From positions 171,088,146 to 171,152,145 of the forward strand of contig NC_068982.1 in assembly GCF_001194135.2 (NCBI RefSeq): a stretch of 64,000 nucleotides of DNA, given 5' to 3'. Below, piece by piece: positions 52,681-64,000 of the stretch. Numbering within the stretch: position 1 is the first letter of the stretch; each line of letters starts with the position of its first letter. Under the pieces are notes generated by a model that worked only from the letters and a program-made list of their open reading frames with translations, was not told where the DNA came from and did no database searches. The translations under genes were made by a program, and so were the position numbers. Source of the stretch: Octopus bimaculoides. Lineage: Eukaryota.

Positions 52681-53040
52681 TTGTGAAAATCACTATCAGG
52701 AATATGAACGATTATTGATTGAAACAAAATATATTAAATATTCCCAGTATTTTTTGTGAGTGTTTATTTCCCTTCGAATTGCGCCTCAGTGTTTGTAATG
52801 TCTATGCATTAATATCACTTGAGGAGAAGAGAAAGGTGTATATGCATTATTATTGATCCTCTGTGTTTGAGATGTCTTGTTGCTGTTTAGCGTTAACATT
52901 TCCATCGTACCTTTTACATGTCTGTGGTGTAGTTAGAGTTTTTTAAACACACTATGAATTCTATCAATTTTGACAGTGTGATGACAGTATTGCGAATGAG
53001 GTGCAGGAAACTTTTAGATTTGCAGCATGACTGTTTAGAA

Positions 53041-53258
53041 CAATGGTTCTCAACCAGGGGTCACATAAAATTTAATTGTTAAACATTATGTGCAATAAAT
53101 CGGTTATACTTGTACAGTATGCAACATATTTTAACAATATTCACATACAATTCAATAATAAAAATATCTTTTTCAAATTGTTATAGGGTGTGGGTACAGC
53201 AGAAGAATAAAATAAGAATCAAGGGGATCACAGGCAAAAAACGGTTGAGAACCCGTAG
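53041..53258. mobile_element. hAT (MER5-like) MITE, 218 bp, with 8-bp TSD
   Basis: TIRs CAATGGTTCTCAACC and GGTTGAGAACCCGTAG; flanks GTTTAGAA (53033-53040) and TTTTAGAA (53259-53266), 7/8 identical. Confidence 0.88.
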
Positions 53259-55209
53259 TTTTAGAATGTGCACTCCGTCAATTATGCAATTTAATTGGAA
53301 GTGAAGAGCGCAGTAGCGATAATTTTGAGGATGTAAATGTGAAACTTCAGATACGTTTATTTGAGTGGTGATTCTTATTGGTACCGCATTCTTGTTGTAT
53401 TTCACATCCAGTTTACTTCTATCCAATGCTTCTTGACCTTGGTACATTCTCCGTTATCTTACATGTTATATTTGAGTTATAAAAGCCGAGTTTATCATTA
53501 TAGCTAATGTTATTTCGATTCGTGATTTTAAATGTAATATCTGGATCATGTTTTAAAATCAAATTATCTGTTGGCGTATCTCAAAGCTTTGTAATATGTC
53601 ACTGCCATTGTCCCATAACATTAGGAAATTTAGTCTCCGTTTTTATGTTAAGGTTATGCCATATTGCCTGAAGGACGTAGGTCTCCAAACACATATGTGA
53701 CGAATTTATTGCAATGGAAGCATCTCAAAAATGCGGTCAAATATATTATGATGCCTACTGTATAACCTATTGTTGACGATATACGCTTCTTCCAAGTTTA
53801 TATTTCAGTATTCTTTTGTAACTACAATAACACATTGGGGTTCTGGCTTTAGTCTCTTCTTTGGTGTAGACAAAGACCCCTGAACTGCACGACTGACATT
53901 TAGTCTTTTTCAACATAGTTATTGTACATAGTTAGTGTACTTAGCACGGGTAAATAATGTCTAGAGTTTTTCCTACGTCATCAGTTGGACCTGAAGAGGA
54001 TCTCAACCGTGGTTTTAAACCAGGTCTCTTTCTCCGTTGCTTTGAGGTCGAGGAGAATGTCACTGCTCTAGAAATTGAGACAGGCCGGCAGCCACTAGAT
54101 ATCCAGGCCAGGTGGAACTCGCTTTTAACTCAACAGGTTCATCTTCTTAAATGTGTTGCGCAGAGGTTGAGCTCCTTTGCACCTACTAAATGTATGTAGC
54201 GCTTCAGCACGATAGCTTCGCTCTTGTCGAGGCCCTCTATTCTTCCGAAATGTCTTAAGCTAGCGATATGATCTACATAAACGAATATTTCTTTGAGGGC
54301 TCTTTCAATTTGAAATTGTGTCGCTCTCCTAGTCGTCGTATTTCAACCGAAATGAAGCAATACAGAAATGTGTGCAGGGCAGGTGCAGGGCAGGTGCAGC
54401 CCAAACTTGAGTGTTACTCTCACTTACCTTCACAAGCTATCATGCCTGCTTCTAGCGTGCTTCTTTGTGGAATAGGGTGAGCGAGAATTATTGTGCTGAC
54501 TTCGCATTTATTCTTGTAAAAGAATCCCTTCCTATAGTGTAGCCTAGTCCCCTATGATGTAGCCTAGACCATTTACTTTGTCACCATCATTATTCTTATT
54601 GCTGCTGTGGTTATTATTGCTGTCGCTTTTGTTGCTGTTGCTATCGGTGATGCTGTTGATGGTGCTGTTGTTATTCTTGTTGTTGTTGCTTTTGTTCTTG
54701 CTGCCGTTGGTATGGTTGTTGCTTGTGCTGTTAAGAACGTTGTCTTTATATTTTCTGTTTTTGTAGTTGTTCTCTGGCAAATTTACTCTCGTGAAGCTTG
54801 TAGACGAACGAAACATGTCCTTCACAATTCACACCACTGCAAGAGATGCCCATCATTACCATGAAGGACTAAAAGGCAGTATGTTACTAACGAGAAGGAA
54901 AACTCACATTTGTGCTTCTCATGGTTAAGAGAACAATGATGCAGGAGCATTGCTCGAAATCAAGTTGCAGCCAACTTCTAGATATGCATATATATATATA
55001 TTATATAATATAAACACACACAATGTCTCAGTCTATTATCTTTTCTATATATATTTACACTTGTACGATGAGTTTAAGGATAAATGTGGATGATGTTATC
55101 GGGAGATACATATAAAGCGTGAAAGTTAGCTGGTTGACTGAGTATATATTATGCAACACACTCACACAAGCACACACACACATACATACATACATACATA
55201 AATACATGC

Positions 55210-55275
<66 letters not shown>

Positions 55276-55292
55276 AAAGTATATATATACAA

Positions 55293-55353
<61 letters not shown>

Positions 55354-55900
55354 AAGTTGTAGAAGATGATTCCAGTTAACTTTATTATTTTCAACACAAT
55401 AGCATGTTTATTAAACAAAACGTAGCAGCAAATACGACATATACAACAAAAGCAGAATTTCGAATCACAAGACATACGACAACCAGCAACGGTAACAATA
55501 CGAACAACAAACAGTAAAAAGAAGACCAAACAAAATGGTGCAACAAAAAATTCAGCAAATCAGAAGGTTTTAGCGAAATTAAGTCTGTCAAAATACAGCG
55601 CCAGCGGCTTTCTTAATTGCTAGGATTGTTTGCCATAAAGATCAGAGTGTGGGGCGGTTGGGAAGATTTTTTCGCATGCGCAAATAATACGTTGAATCCT
55701 TTTCCTCGATTTGCTCATTTTTTTTTAGCACTCACCTCTTTGGTCCTTTTTTTTTACCGTTATATTTCATATATATCTATATATATATGTATATACATAT
55801 TCCTTTCTAATTGCTTCTAGCATATATTATATTACTGTTATGTAATACTGAAAAATCTTTCGATGGGAAATTCGGAAGGAAGTGAAGACAAATGTCTTAT

Positions 55901-56012
<112 letters not shown>

Positions 56013-56504
56013 ACATGTACGTACATACACACACATGCTTATATGTATTTATATATGGACGAAATATAGAGGTATAATAAGTATGTGTATATATGTATTT
56101 ACATATAAGTATCTATGTATGTATACATTTATGTATGCACATGCATGCATTTACATGCGTATATGTAGGCATATATATATATATATATATATGTGTGTGT
56201 TTTGTGTGCGTGTGTGAGAGTGTGTGTTTGTGTGTGAGTGTGTGTCTGTTTGGTGTATATCTACGTACGTTCTTTTGTATATTTTACATCATTGCAGCCA
56301 TCTAAATTTATGCGTGGATGTAATTTCGTTGCAATATATATATATATATATATGTGTGTCTGTAAATATTTATATATCTAGGCAAATATGTAAGTAATTA
56401 TATGTATTCAGCCTAATTCCTTATGCCTTTCATAAAATCCTATGTGCAAAAAGTTACATAAATATTAGATTTATCGATTTTCTTCACATTTGAGATTAGT
56501 AATT

Positions 56505-56637
56505 TATTTTTATTAGTATCGTTGTACTTTTTATTGTTGTTGTTATTATTATTATTTTTATTAGTATCGTTGTACTTTTTATTGTTGTTGTTATTATTAT
56601 TATTTTTATTATTATGATTATTATTTTTATTATTATG

Positions 56638-56703
<66 letters not shown>
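56505..56703. repeat. (ATT)n array at the 3' end of an R4 copy, with a ~48-bp duplicated unit (TTTTATTAGTATCGTTGTACTTTTTATTGTTGTTG...) at its distal end
   Basis: Direct reading. Confidence 0.95.
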
Positions 56704-58774
56704 GCTTTGCACAGCTTCTAACACTGGAGATGTACTACGGTGTCAATTGTTCACTACCAGTAAACTAAGGTAACAACCCTTATTTTTCGAACACTTTCCG
56801 GAGTATTCGTGCGGTACCATGCAGTGCTGTTTTCTGCACGTTCTCCACCCTTATTGCAGCCCCTATTTGTTCCACGCACTTCTCAGGATGTTTAGTCACT
56901 GTTCCCAGGGCTCAGACAATTACTGTTGCTACTACCACCATTTCCATCGACCACAACTACTTTACCTCCCAAGCTAACCCGTCATATCCATATACATTTC
57001 TTTCCTCCTTATCGCATACATTGATGTCAGCTGGGCATGCTATATCTATGATTCAGCATAGTTTGTTTTCATTCTCAATTAAGACTATGTCTGCCTTCCT
57101 ATTCTCTACCTCATGGCCACACTAAATCATAAAATCCTACAGGATTTTTTTGTGACACCTTCGGGTTTGCTCTGTCAAGTCCATACTTTTTGCCATGTGT
57201 CCAATGGACAAGCCTTGCTATATAGTCATAGCGTCTCTTATATTCCATCTGGGCTAGTGGCGTACATTGACTGGTAATATGCCATATGTTTTCACCATTT
57301 TGTCTACAGAATCTGCACTTATCTCTTCCTGATGTGTTGTGTACTCTGTATTTTATGTCGTTTGCTCTTAGTGATTGCTCTTGGGCAGCACAGAATACAG
57401 CCTCCGTTTCTCGTTTAAATCTCCTTTAGTCATCCACAGCCATCTTTTTTTCTCTGTCTGTCTCATCTTCAACTTCCCTGTGAAATCGACCATGCATTAG
57501 CACTGTACTAGCAATTGTAAACGAATAAAATGAAAATAGGTGGGTAACCACCTATTTTCATTTTATTTGTTTACAATTGCTTGTACAGTGCTTTCTTTTT
57601 GCAATCTTTCAGCCTACACAAGCTTGGCCTTCTTACATCTGTGAAAATTTTTTTACATACCATGCTATGTTGTTTTCTTCTGCTCTAGTGCTATTTTCGC
57701 ATTCAATAAGTCCTCTTCCCCCTCTTTTTCTTAGTACTTAAGTCTGCCTGTGTCACTTTGGGGGTGGAGTAACCCATATCGAGTCAGCAACTTCCTTGTC
57801 TTTCTGTCTAAGCTGTTTAGTTCGTCTACTGTCCATGCGATAACCCCTGCTCCATATCTAAGTTGTTGATAGCTTCGATCTTATTCCGTCCGTTTAATTT
57901 CGACTTAAGGATCAGTCTCAGTCTGCGCAAGTACTCCACCTTAAATTTTTCTGTCATTTCTTTCTCCATCAATGTATCCAATTGCAAAATCCCCAAGTAC
58001 TTATAGCCCGTCTCTTCTATCTGCTTCATAACCTCCCCTGACGGTATCGAGAGCCCGTCCACACCTTTGATTTTGCTTCTCTTCAATACTAACACAAGAC
58101 ACTTTCTCAGTTTGAACTCCAATGAGATACCAGCACTGAAACTATACACCGTATCAACGAGGGAACTGACTTGGGTTTCATTTTTACCATACAGTTTGAG
58201 GTTATCCATGAGTAACAAATGGGAGATTATTTGTTGGTGGCTTTTGAATACATACCCAGCTTTTGCTTTCCCCAAAATCAGTTAGTGGTGTCAAGCACAG
58301 TACAAAGATGAGTAGGGTCAGGCAGTCCCCTTGCAAGATGCCCCTCCTGATTTCTGCTGTCCCTAAACTTCTTCCGTATGCTGTCAGGTCCATCCTTCAG
58401 TTCGCCATACTTTTCCAAACAATCGCTCAACATTCGATGCAATACCAAATAAGTTGATACATTCCATAATCCAACAATGTGGGATCATATCGTACGCCCT
58501 GCGATAGTCGATCCATGACATGGCTAAGTTAGTTTTTCACCTCGCGCAGTCTCTAAGTACAGTTCTTTCTATTAGGATTTGATCCTTGGTACCTCTTCAC
58601 TTACCCTTGCAACCCTTCTGCTCATGTGGCATTTTTTACCAGATGTTCATACATTGACCCTGTGAGTATTCCAGTCAATAATTTCAACATTCGTGGCAAA
58701 CAGGATATCGGCCAGTAATTGTCTATCGTATTGCCTTTCTCGATGCTTTTCAAGCACAGCACTGTCCTACCCAA
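56704..58774 (-). mobile_element. R4/Dong-clade non-LTR retrotransposon, subfamily 2, 5'-truncated at the start of the RT, 2.07 kb, decayed
   Basis: Minus strand [31 protein letters not shown]; EIRRGILQGD.L..L.FVL.L.PL; ISHLLLMDNLKLYGK; YKYLGILQ; KSKLNGRNKIEAIN; endonuclease end and 3'UTR match 36328-37300 (…CATCTCCAGTGTTAGAAGCTGTGCAAAGC then (AAT)n). Confidence 0.95.
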
Positions 58775-58786
58775 TATTATTATTAC

Positions 58787-58882
<96 letters not shown>
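58775..58882. repeat. (ATT)n array abutting the truncated 5' end of the R4 copy
   Basis: Direct reading. Confidence 0.97.
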
Positions 58883-58939
58883 CATTTATTTATTTATTTA
58901 TTTTAAAATTATTATAACTGTTGTTAATAAGACACAAAG

Positions 58940-59100
58940 TTGTCAGAACGCTTAGTGTTGTAAATGCTAAGCAGCATTTTCTATAGCTTTTTAAAATCCG
59001 AGCTAAATTCCTGTCGAGACTGATTTTTCCTTTCATCTTTTCGAGTCGTTAGGATTAAAGTACCGGTGAAGTACTGAGGACAGTGTAATTTACCAACCCA
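58940..59100 (+). mobile_element. Old family A SINE
   Basis: AAATGCTAAGCAGCATTTT...GAGCTAAATTCC.GTCGAG...CCTTTCATCTTTTCGAGTCG...AAAGTACCGG. Confidence 0.7.
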
Positions 59101-62005
59101 CTTTACGATTAATGATCAAATGTCAAAATATGAAATAGTTATTGTTAATATTTTTGCAATGTCAAGAGCACCATCACTTCGCATTTTATATAACACAAAG
59201 ACACAGATATTGTGAGCAGCTACTTGGCTGTGTTGTAGTTTTGCTCCTTCATGGCGAAATGTTTAACTGATTTTGTAGCATTTATCCATTTCTTTAGAGG
59301 TACAAGAAAAAGCATGTGGTCAAATATTGTGCACAGAACAAGCGAGTTAGCCCTGGAATTGAAAAATCTGTTTTCACACTTATTTTACAACTTTAAATTA
59401 AAGTAACCTCTTCCATCATCATTGGTGAACGCAACAATGACAACATCAATAATTTTAATAACAATAACAACATGAACAAATGAAATAAAAATTTGACAAG
59501 GAAGGTGAAAACAGAAAATAGAACTACGATAACGAAAGCAACGTCAAGAAAAATGAGAATTTAGAACAAAAAGAAACAAATTGTTCCTTCAACACACCTT
59601 TAAATTCTACCTCTGCTGCCAACATCACAATTAAGCCTTACCATTAACCCTAACACAATAAGAAGACATCAAAACTTGCAAATCTTCCGTAAGTGTATTC
59701 TGAACACGTTGTCTGCCTGATAGAGCTTATTTAGTCGTAGAGACAATTGTTGAGCCAAAATACTAGAAAACATCTGCTAAGAAACCAGCTTCAAACCTGA
59801 AACATACAAAAACAATAAGAAAAATTGAAAAATTGATCTGGTGATGCAACAGCAAATGGAAAAGTTCCTCAAGTTGATCTATCATACTATAACATACGTC
59901 ATCAGGAGGAAAGTGGCAACACAATAGAGGTGAAAATGTCTATAGAAGACCAGATCAAGAAACTATTCACAATAAGACTAAACAGTGCCGCATTTGCCCA
60001 CATCCGATTCTGTATTCATTGTAGAAAAAGTAAAATGATGATAGTCGACGAAACCCCAGATGTAAGAATCTGTGATTCGTGACAGTAATATTCTGCAGCA
60101 GCCTAATTAGACAATTTATTGACCTATTAATCAAAACAGATCACTGAAGCATCGATTCCAATCTAAAATTAATAACACAAAATTGTGCGAAGATGGCTGA
60201 AGGGTGAAGTGGTATTTTTGCGGTGGCACAAATCATTTTAAGGAAATCTGTCCATAGCAAAGGAGTAGATTTTGAAAGCCAACACTTCTTTCGACATCGG
60301 TACAACAGTGACAACACCAGCAGCAATAATAGCAGTAATACCAATAGTTTCAGTACCAGGAGCACCAACACCATCAACAACCACAGCACCAGCAACATTA
60401 GCATGCAGTTACAACTGCAACAGTAACAGCAGTTGTAATGCCCGCAGCCCTGAAAAGAGCATTAACTGCAGCAGAAACTGCAACTTAAACAACGCCAGTT
60501 ACAACTATTGCTGCAGTAACTACAAGTTTGGAAGCTATAACTTAGCAACATGTACACCAAAATCAATGAAAAATAGATCCCTGAAAATTCCCTGCGATTA
60601 AAGGCCACCAAATTACATACAACTGCAAGAGAAAGATCTTTAATTAAACAACAATTCATTGCTACAAATTTCTCCAATACATACCCATCACAACCCACAT
60701 CACACCGACATATCATGTTGTGCAGATGGCGCAGAAGTACCAAAAGGGCAAGCGGTAATAAATGTGTAAAAAGAAGAGTGAGCACAAGCGGAAGATGCAT
60801 GTAAACATGAATGCACCAACAGCAAGCCTATCAGAAGCTATACCAGTACTATCTATATCATTATTCCATCTACCAACGACATCACCATCAGAACAGTTTA
60901 CCGAACACGGACAATGAAATGATTGACTTCACATTCATAACCAAAATCTATAAAACAAACCTATGGTTCACATACACAGACATACGAACAGCGCACACGA
61001 TAAATACATTACATTAAGAAATGCCATCCCAATATTCAAATATAATTGAAATATTGCAACAAATACATTTTTAAAACTAAATGATCAGATGGGGCAGAGG
61101 ATTGAATAAAATCAGCATGGGAATTACCCACAGCCATTTGTAGCAACGGAACATTTGTCCCTCTATAGGAATTATGTAAGTGGGCTTTTCTATTGAAATT
61201 AGTTTAATTAGAGTATACATTGTAAATGAACTTGAGTCTAGAGAGCTGCACAATAAAGTTTCTCGGTGATCTTAAGTAATTCTGGGCATCAGCGAAAACA
61301 AAATTTCCGATTCACAAGACCTCATGCTAATTTTCGGTGGATACAAGATCTACATATCTCGGCAAAGAGAGGCAGAGTGGTTCTATTGTTTCGTAAGGGT
61401 TTTGGTCTTCTGATAGAACCGTCATCTTGGACCCACAAAATAATGTATTGGGACTCAATATGAACAATCAAACTTGTTGCAGTTTAAGCTCCGACAGAGG
61501 CAGGACAACCTCGTATCTTCAGACACCTGGAGGTTTCCAAGGAACGTCCCCCGCTCAAGATTGGAACGCCATCTTGGGTTTGTAAGGCTAGCTGATTGGA
61601 GAGGCGACGCAAAAGCTTCAAAATACTTGTTCAGACGTTTCCAATTGCTGATTGACCCCAACATGATTTTCTGAATAAACAAATGTGGATACGGACAAAC
61701 CACGTCGTGGCATTGAGATCGTGTCTAAATATAGTATCCTGTAAGCCATTAGAAATGGCCAAAAATAAGTTGTCCATATTCTAAAATCCACACGAAAATA
61801 GACCACCAACTCTTGACTTCATTTATTAAGGTGAGTGTAATGTCGGTCATTCCTTGAGCAACCACTCCTCGGCAGTTTTATTTGGAAAACCTTGTTTGAA
61901 TTAACATGTTTTTGTTAGCTAAAGTTTTACATGAGTTAGGTAAAATCGTTATTATATACATATCTTGTCATTTGCAGTATCTTTTCTGTGTACAATCTTG
62001 GAAAC

Positions 62006-62073
62006 GATTGCTTAATGTGAATACCAAAGATTGCTTCATATAATACCAAAGATTGCTTAATATAAATACCAAA
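62006..62073. repeat. 22-23-bp tandem repeat x3 (GATTGCTTAATATAAATACCAAA)
   Basis: Units start at 62006, 62029 and 62051. Confidence 0.9.
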
Positions 62074-62811
62074 GTTTTCATAGTCTCAATTGATCATAGG
62101 TTTACCCAATCAACGTTGATCTGGAGCAAAATGATAACGATAGTTAATATTATTGTTTATTTTATTTATTCTTTATTGATGCTGTTGCTTTTGGTGTACA
62201 AACGATTATAATGTATTGAATAACAAAGTCCATCGCAACGTATAAGCAGTTTTTGATTTGTGTGTGCTCATCTAGGAAGTTAAACCATTACTATAGTCCA
62301 TTAATGCAGTTGGCAGTGTTGATGTTCTAGGTATTGATGATGAGGACGTCAAAGATGATGATGAGAAGGAAGCAGAAGGGGAGTACAAGAAGAAGAGAAT
62401 CAAGTGTGAGTGTATTCAATAACGATAATATTGATGATGATGATATATATGATGCTGTTACTGAGGAGAAAGACGCAAACGAAAACAGCTATTCTGAAGC
62501 TTCTATGAGTTGAGGGATAATAGCTGAAGTGAGCTATTAAATATTTTGGTTTTGTGTCTTGAATCCCTTCCGCACTTTATTTTTGCCATGTTATGGAGGA
62601 TTTTTGCAACCGAACGTTGAAGAAAAAATTTCAAAAACTAAATTAAAGGGCCAACATCCACGCAACTTAGTATCTTGATTTCACTTAGGTTCAACCATCA
62701 ACAAAGAAAAAAAAAAGATGTCGTAGCACGCAACTATCAACAAAATCACCAAAAAGAAAAAAAGACAATTACGAATAAAAGGATGATGAAAATAAAATTA
62801 AAACCATATTG

Positions 62812-62825
62812 ACTACTACTACTAT

Positions 62826-62869
<44 letters not shown>

Positions 62870-63016
62870 TGATGACAACAAAAATGAAGGTCTTATGAGG
62901 TAGGTCATTAGAGATGTTTGTATGCAGATTTTTCAGTGACGTTTTCGTCGGTATGTTGTCGGCGTTACGTAGCAAGCATTGAGATTAAGAGATATTATTA
63001 TCATTTTTCAACATTG

Positions 63017-63048
<32 letters not shown>

Positions 63049-63055
63049 GTCATCG

Positions 63056-63096
<41 letters not shown>

Positions 63097-63350
63097 TTTG
63101 TGCTCAACATTATTATCATCAATCCTAAAACTCATAATTGCATTCAACATTCGTCGTTAAATCCAATGTCATATCGGAATATCATCATTATCATCATCAC
63201 CATCATCATCATCATCATCATCATTATCAACAACAGCACCACCACCACCCTCACCATCATCATCACCATCGTTATCATCATCACCATCGTCATTATCGTC
63301 ATCGTCGTCACGTCAATATTATTATCATCTATTATCATCATCTGCTTCCT
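62812..63350. repeat. (ACT)n tract and (CAT)n/(CAC)n tracts
   Basis: Direct reading; source of the poly-V/S/H/I ORFs. Confidence 0.95.
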
Positions 63351-64000
63351 TTTATCCCCATCATATCATGACATTGACGATAATTTTAAAATGGAAATGC
63401 CGAAAGGATTACATCTAATTAAATTTTATTGATGAGAAGCCAAACGAAAATATATGCTCATTTTTCAAAATTTACGTTAGTTTACTTTGGTCACCCCGAA
63501 GGAATTCAATGTAAGTCCAATTAGCTTCTTTCGAAATATAGAGAAGGGAAACTAAATCAAAGAAAATATATATCTGAGTTCTTCATTTGGTGTACAGGTT
63601 GCTGAATAGCGGGGAGATTAAAGCTAAGACTCGAATTCATTTACTACATGATGCAAGGAGTCTGCTAACATAACGCTAAACTTTCAGTGATAGTCTCTTT
63701 AATAGTTAACCAAAGGATGGTAATATATTTGGTCAACACTCCTAAACAATGTTGATACCAATGTTGATATCTTACAGTCAACTATTGAAACAAGTTAATT
63801 ATTTCATTCACTTTTATATGTTAAATGGAGTTTATATAAAACCTCAATTGTAATCGTGAAAACATGAAACTAAACAATTAAGAATGTAATATGAAGAGGT
63901 TTCATATATTTCATTAGTAAAGGAGGACAAATGTTTAAGGACTATATGAAATGATTCAGAATTCATAGTGTCTCTCTATGTATTATATTCATTTTCAGTC

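Noticed and set aside
55600-55760. Promoter-like words: GGGCGG, CGCATGCGCA (NRF1-like) and a minus-strand donor AG|GTGAGT at ~55736
   Set aside because: Isolated short motifs with no CpG-island context or linked gene; expected by chance in 64 kb.

Overview
AT-rich eukaryotic scaffold, dense in microsatellites, with 10 N-gaps. The SINE families and repeat landscape look like a coleoid cephalopod, most likely Octopus; this is recognition from memory, not a database result. I found no host protein-coding exon, RNA gene, CRISPR array or prokaryotic feature that I can support. Most ORFs in the track are translations of simple repeats or gaps. What can be read is mobile-element debris: (i) four decayed R4/Dong-clade non-LTR retrotransposon pieces (RT plus restriction-like endonuclease), three of which end in (AAT)n arrays, with two stacked head-to-tail; (ii) two RTE/BovB-type LINEs, one with a 5' inversion shaped like twin priming; (iii) CR1/L2-type remnants; (iv) about 15 tRNA-derived SINE copies from four families; (v) hAT/Charlie-type MITEs and a mariner deletion derivative with long inverted ends. 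The most unusual observations are the (AAT)n-associated R4 stack, the inverted RTE, and two local inverted duplications: a perfect 61-bp inverted repeat inside an old SINE and a 45-bp fold-back inside an R4 copy. Both look like template-switch events. None of this is demonstrably a new biological system; these are testable leads. Element boundaries are approximate unless a TSD or TIR fixes them.
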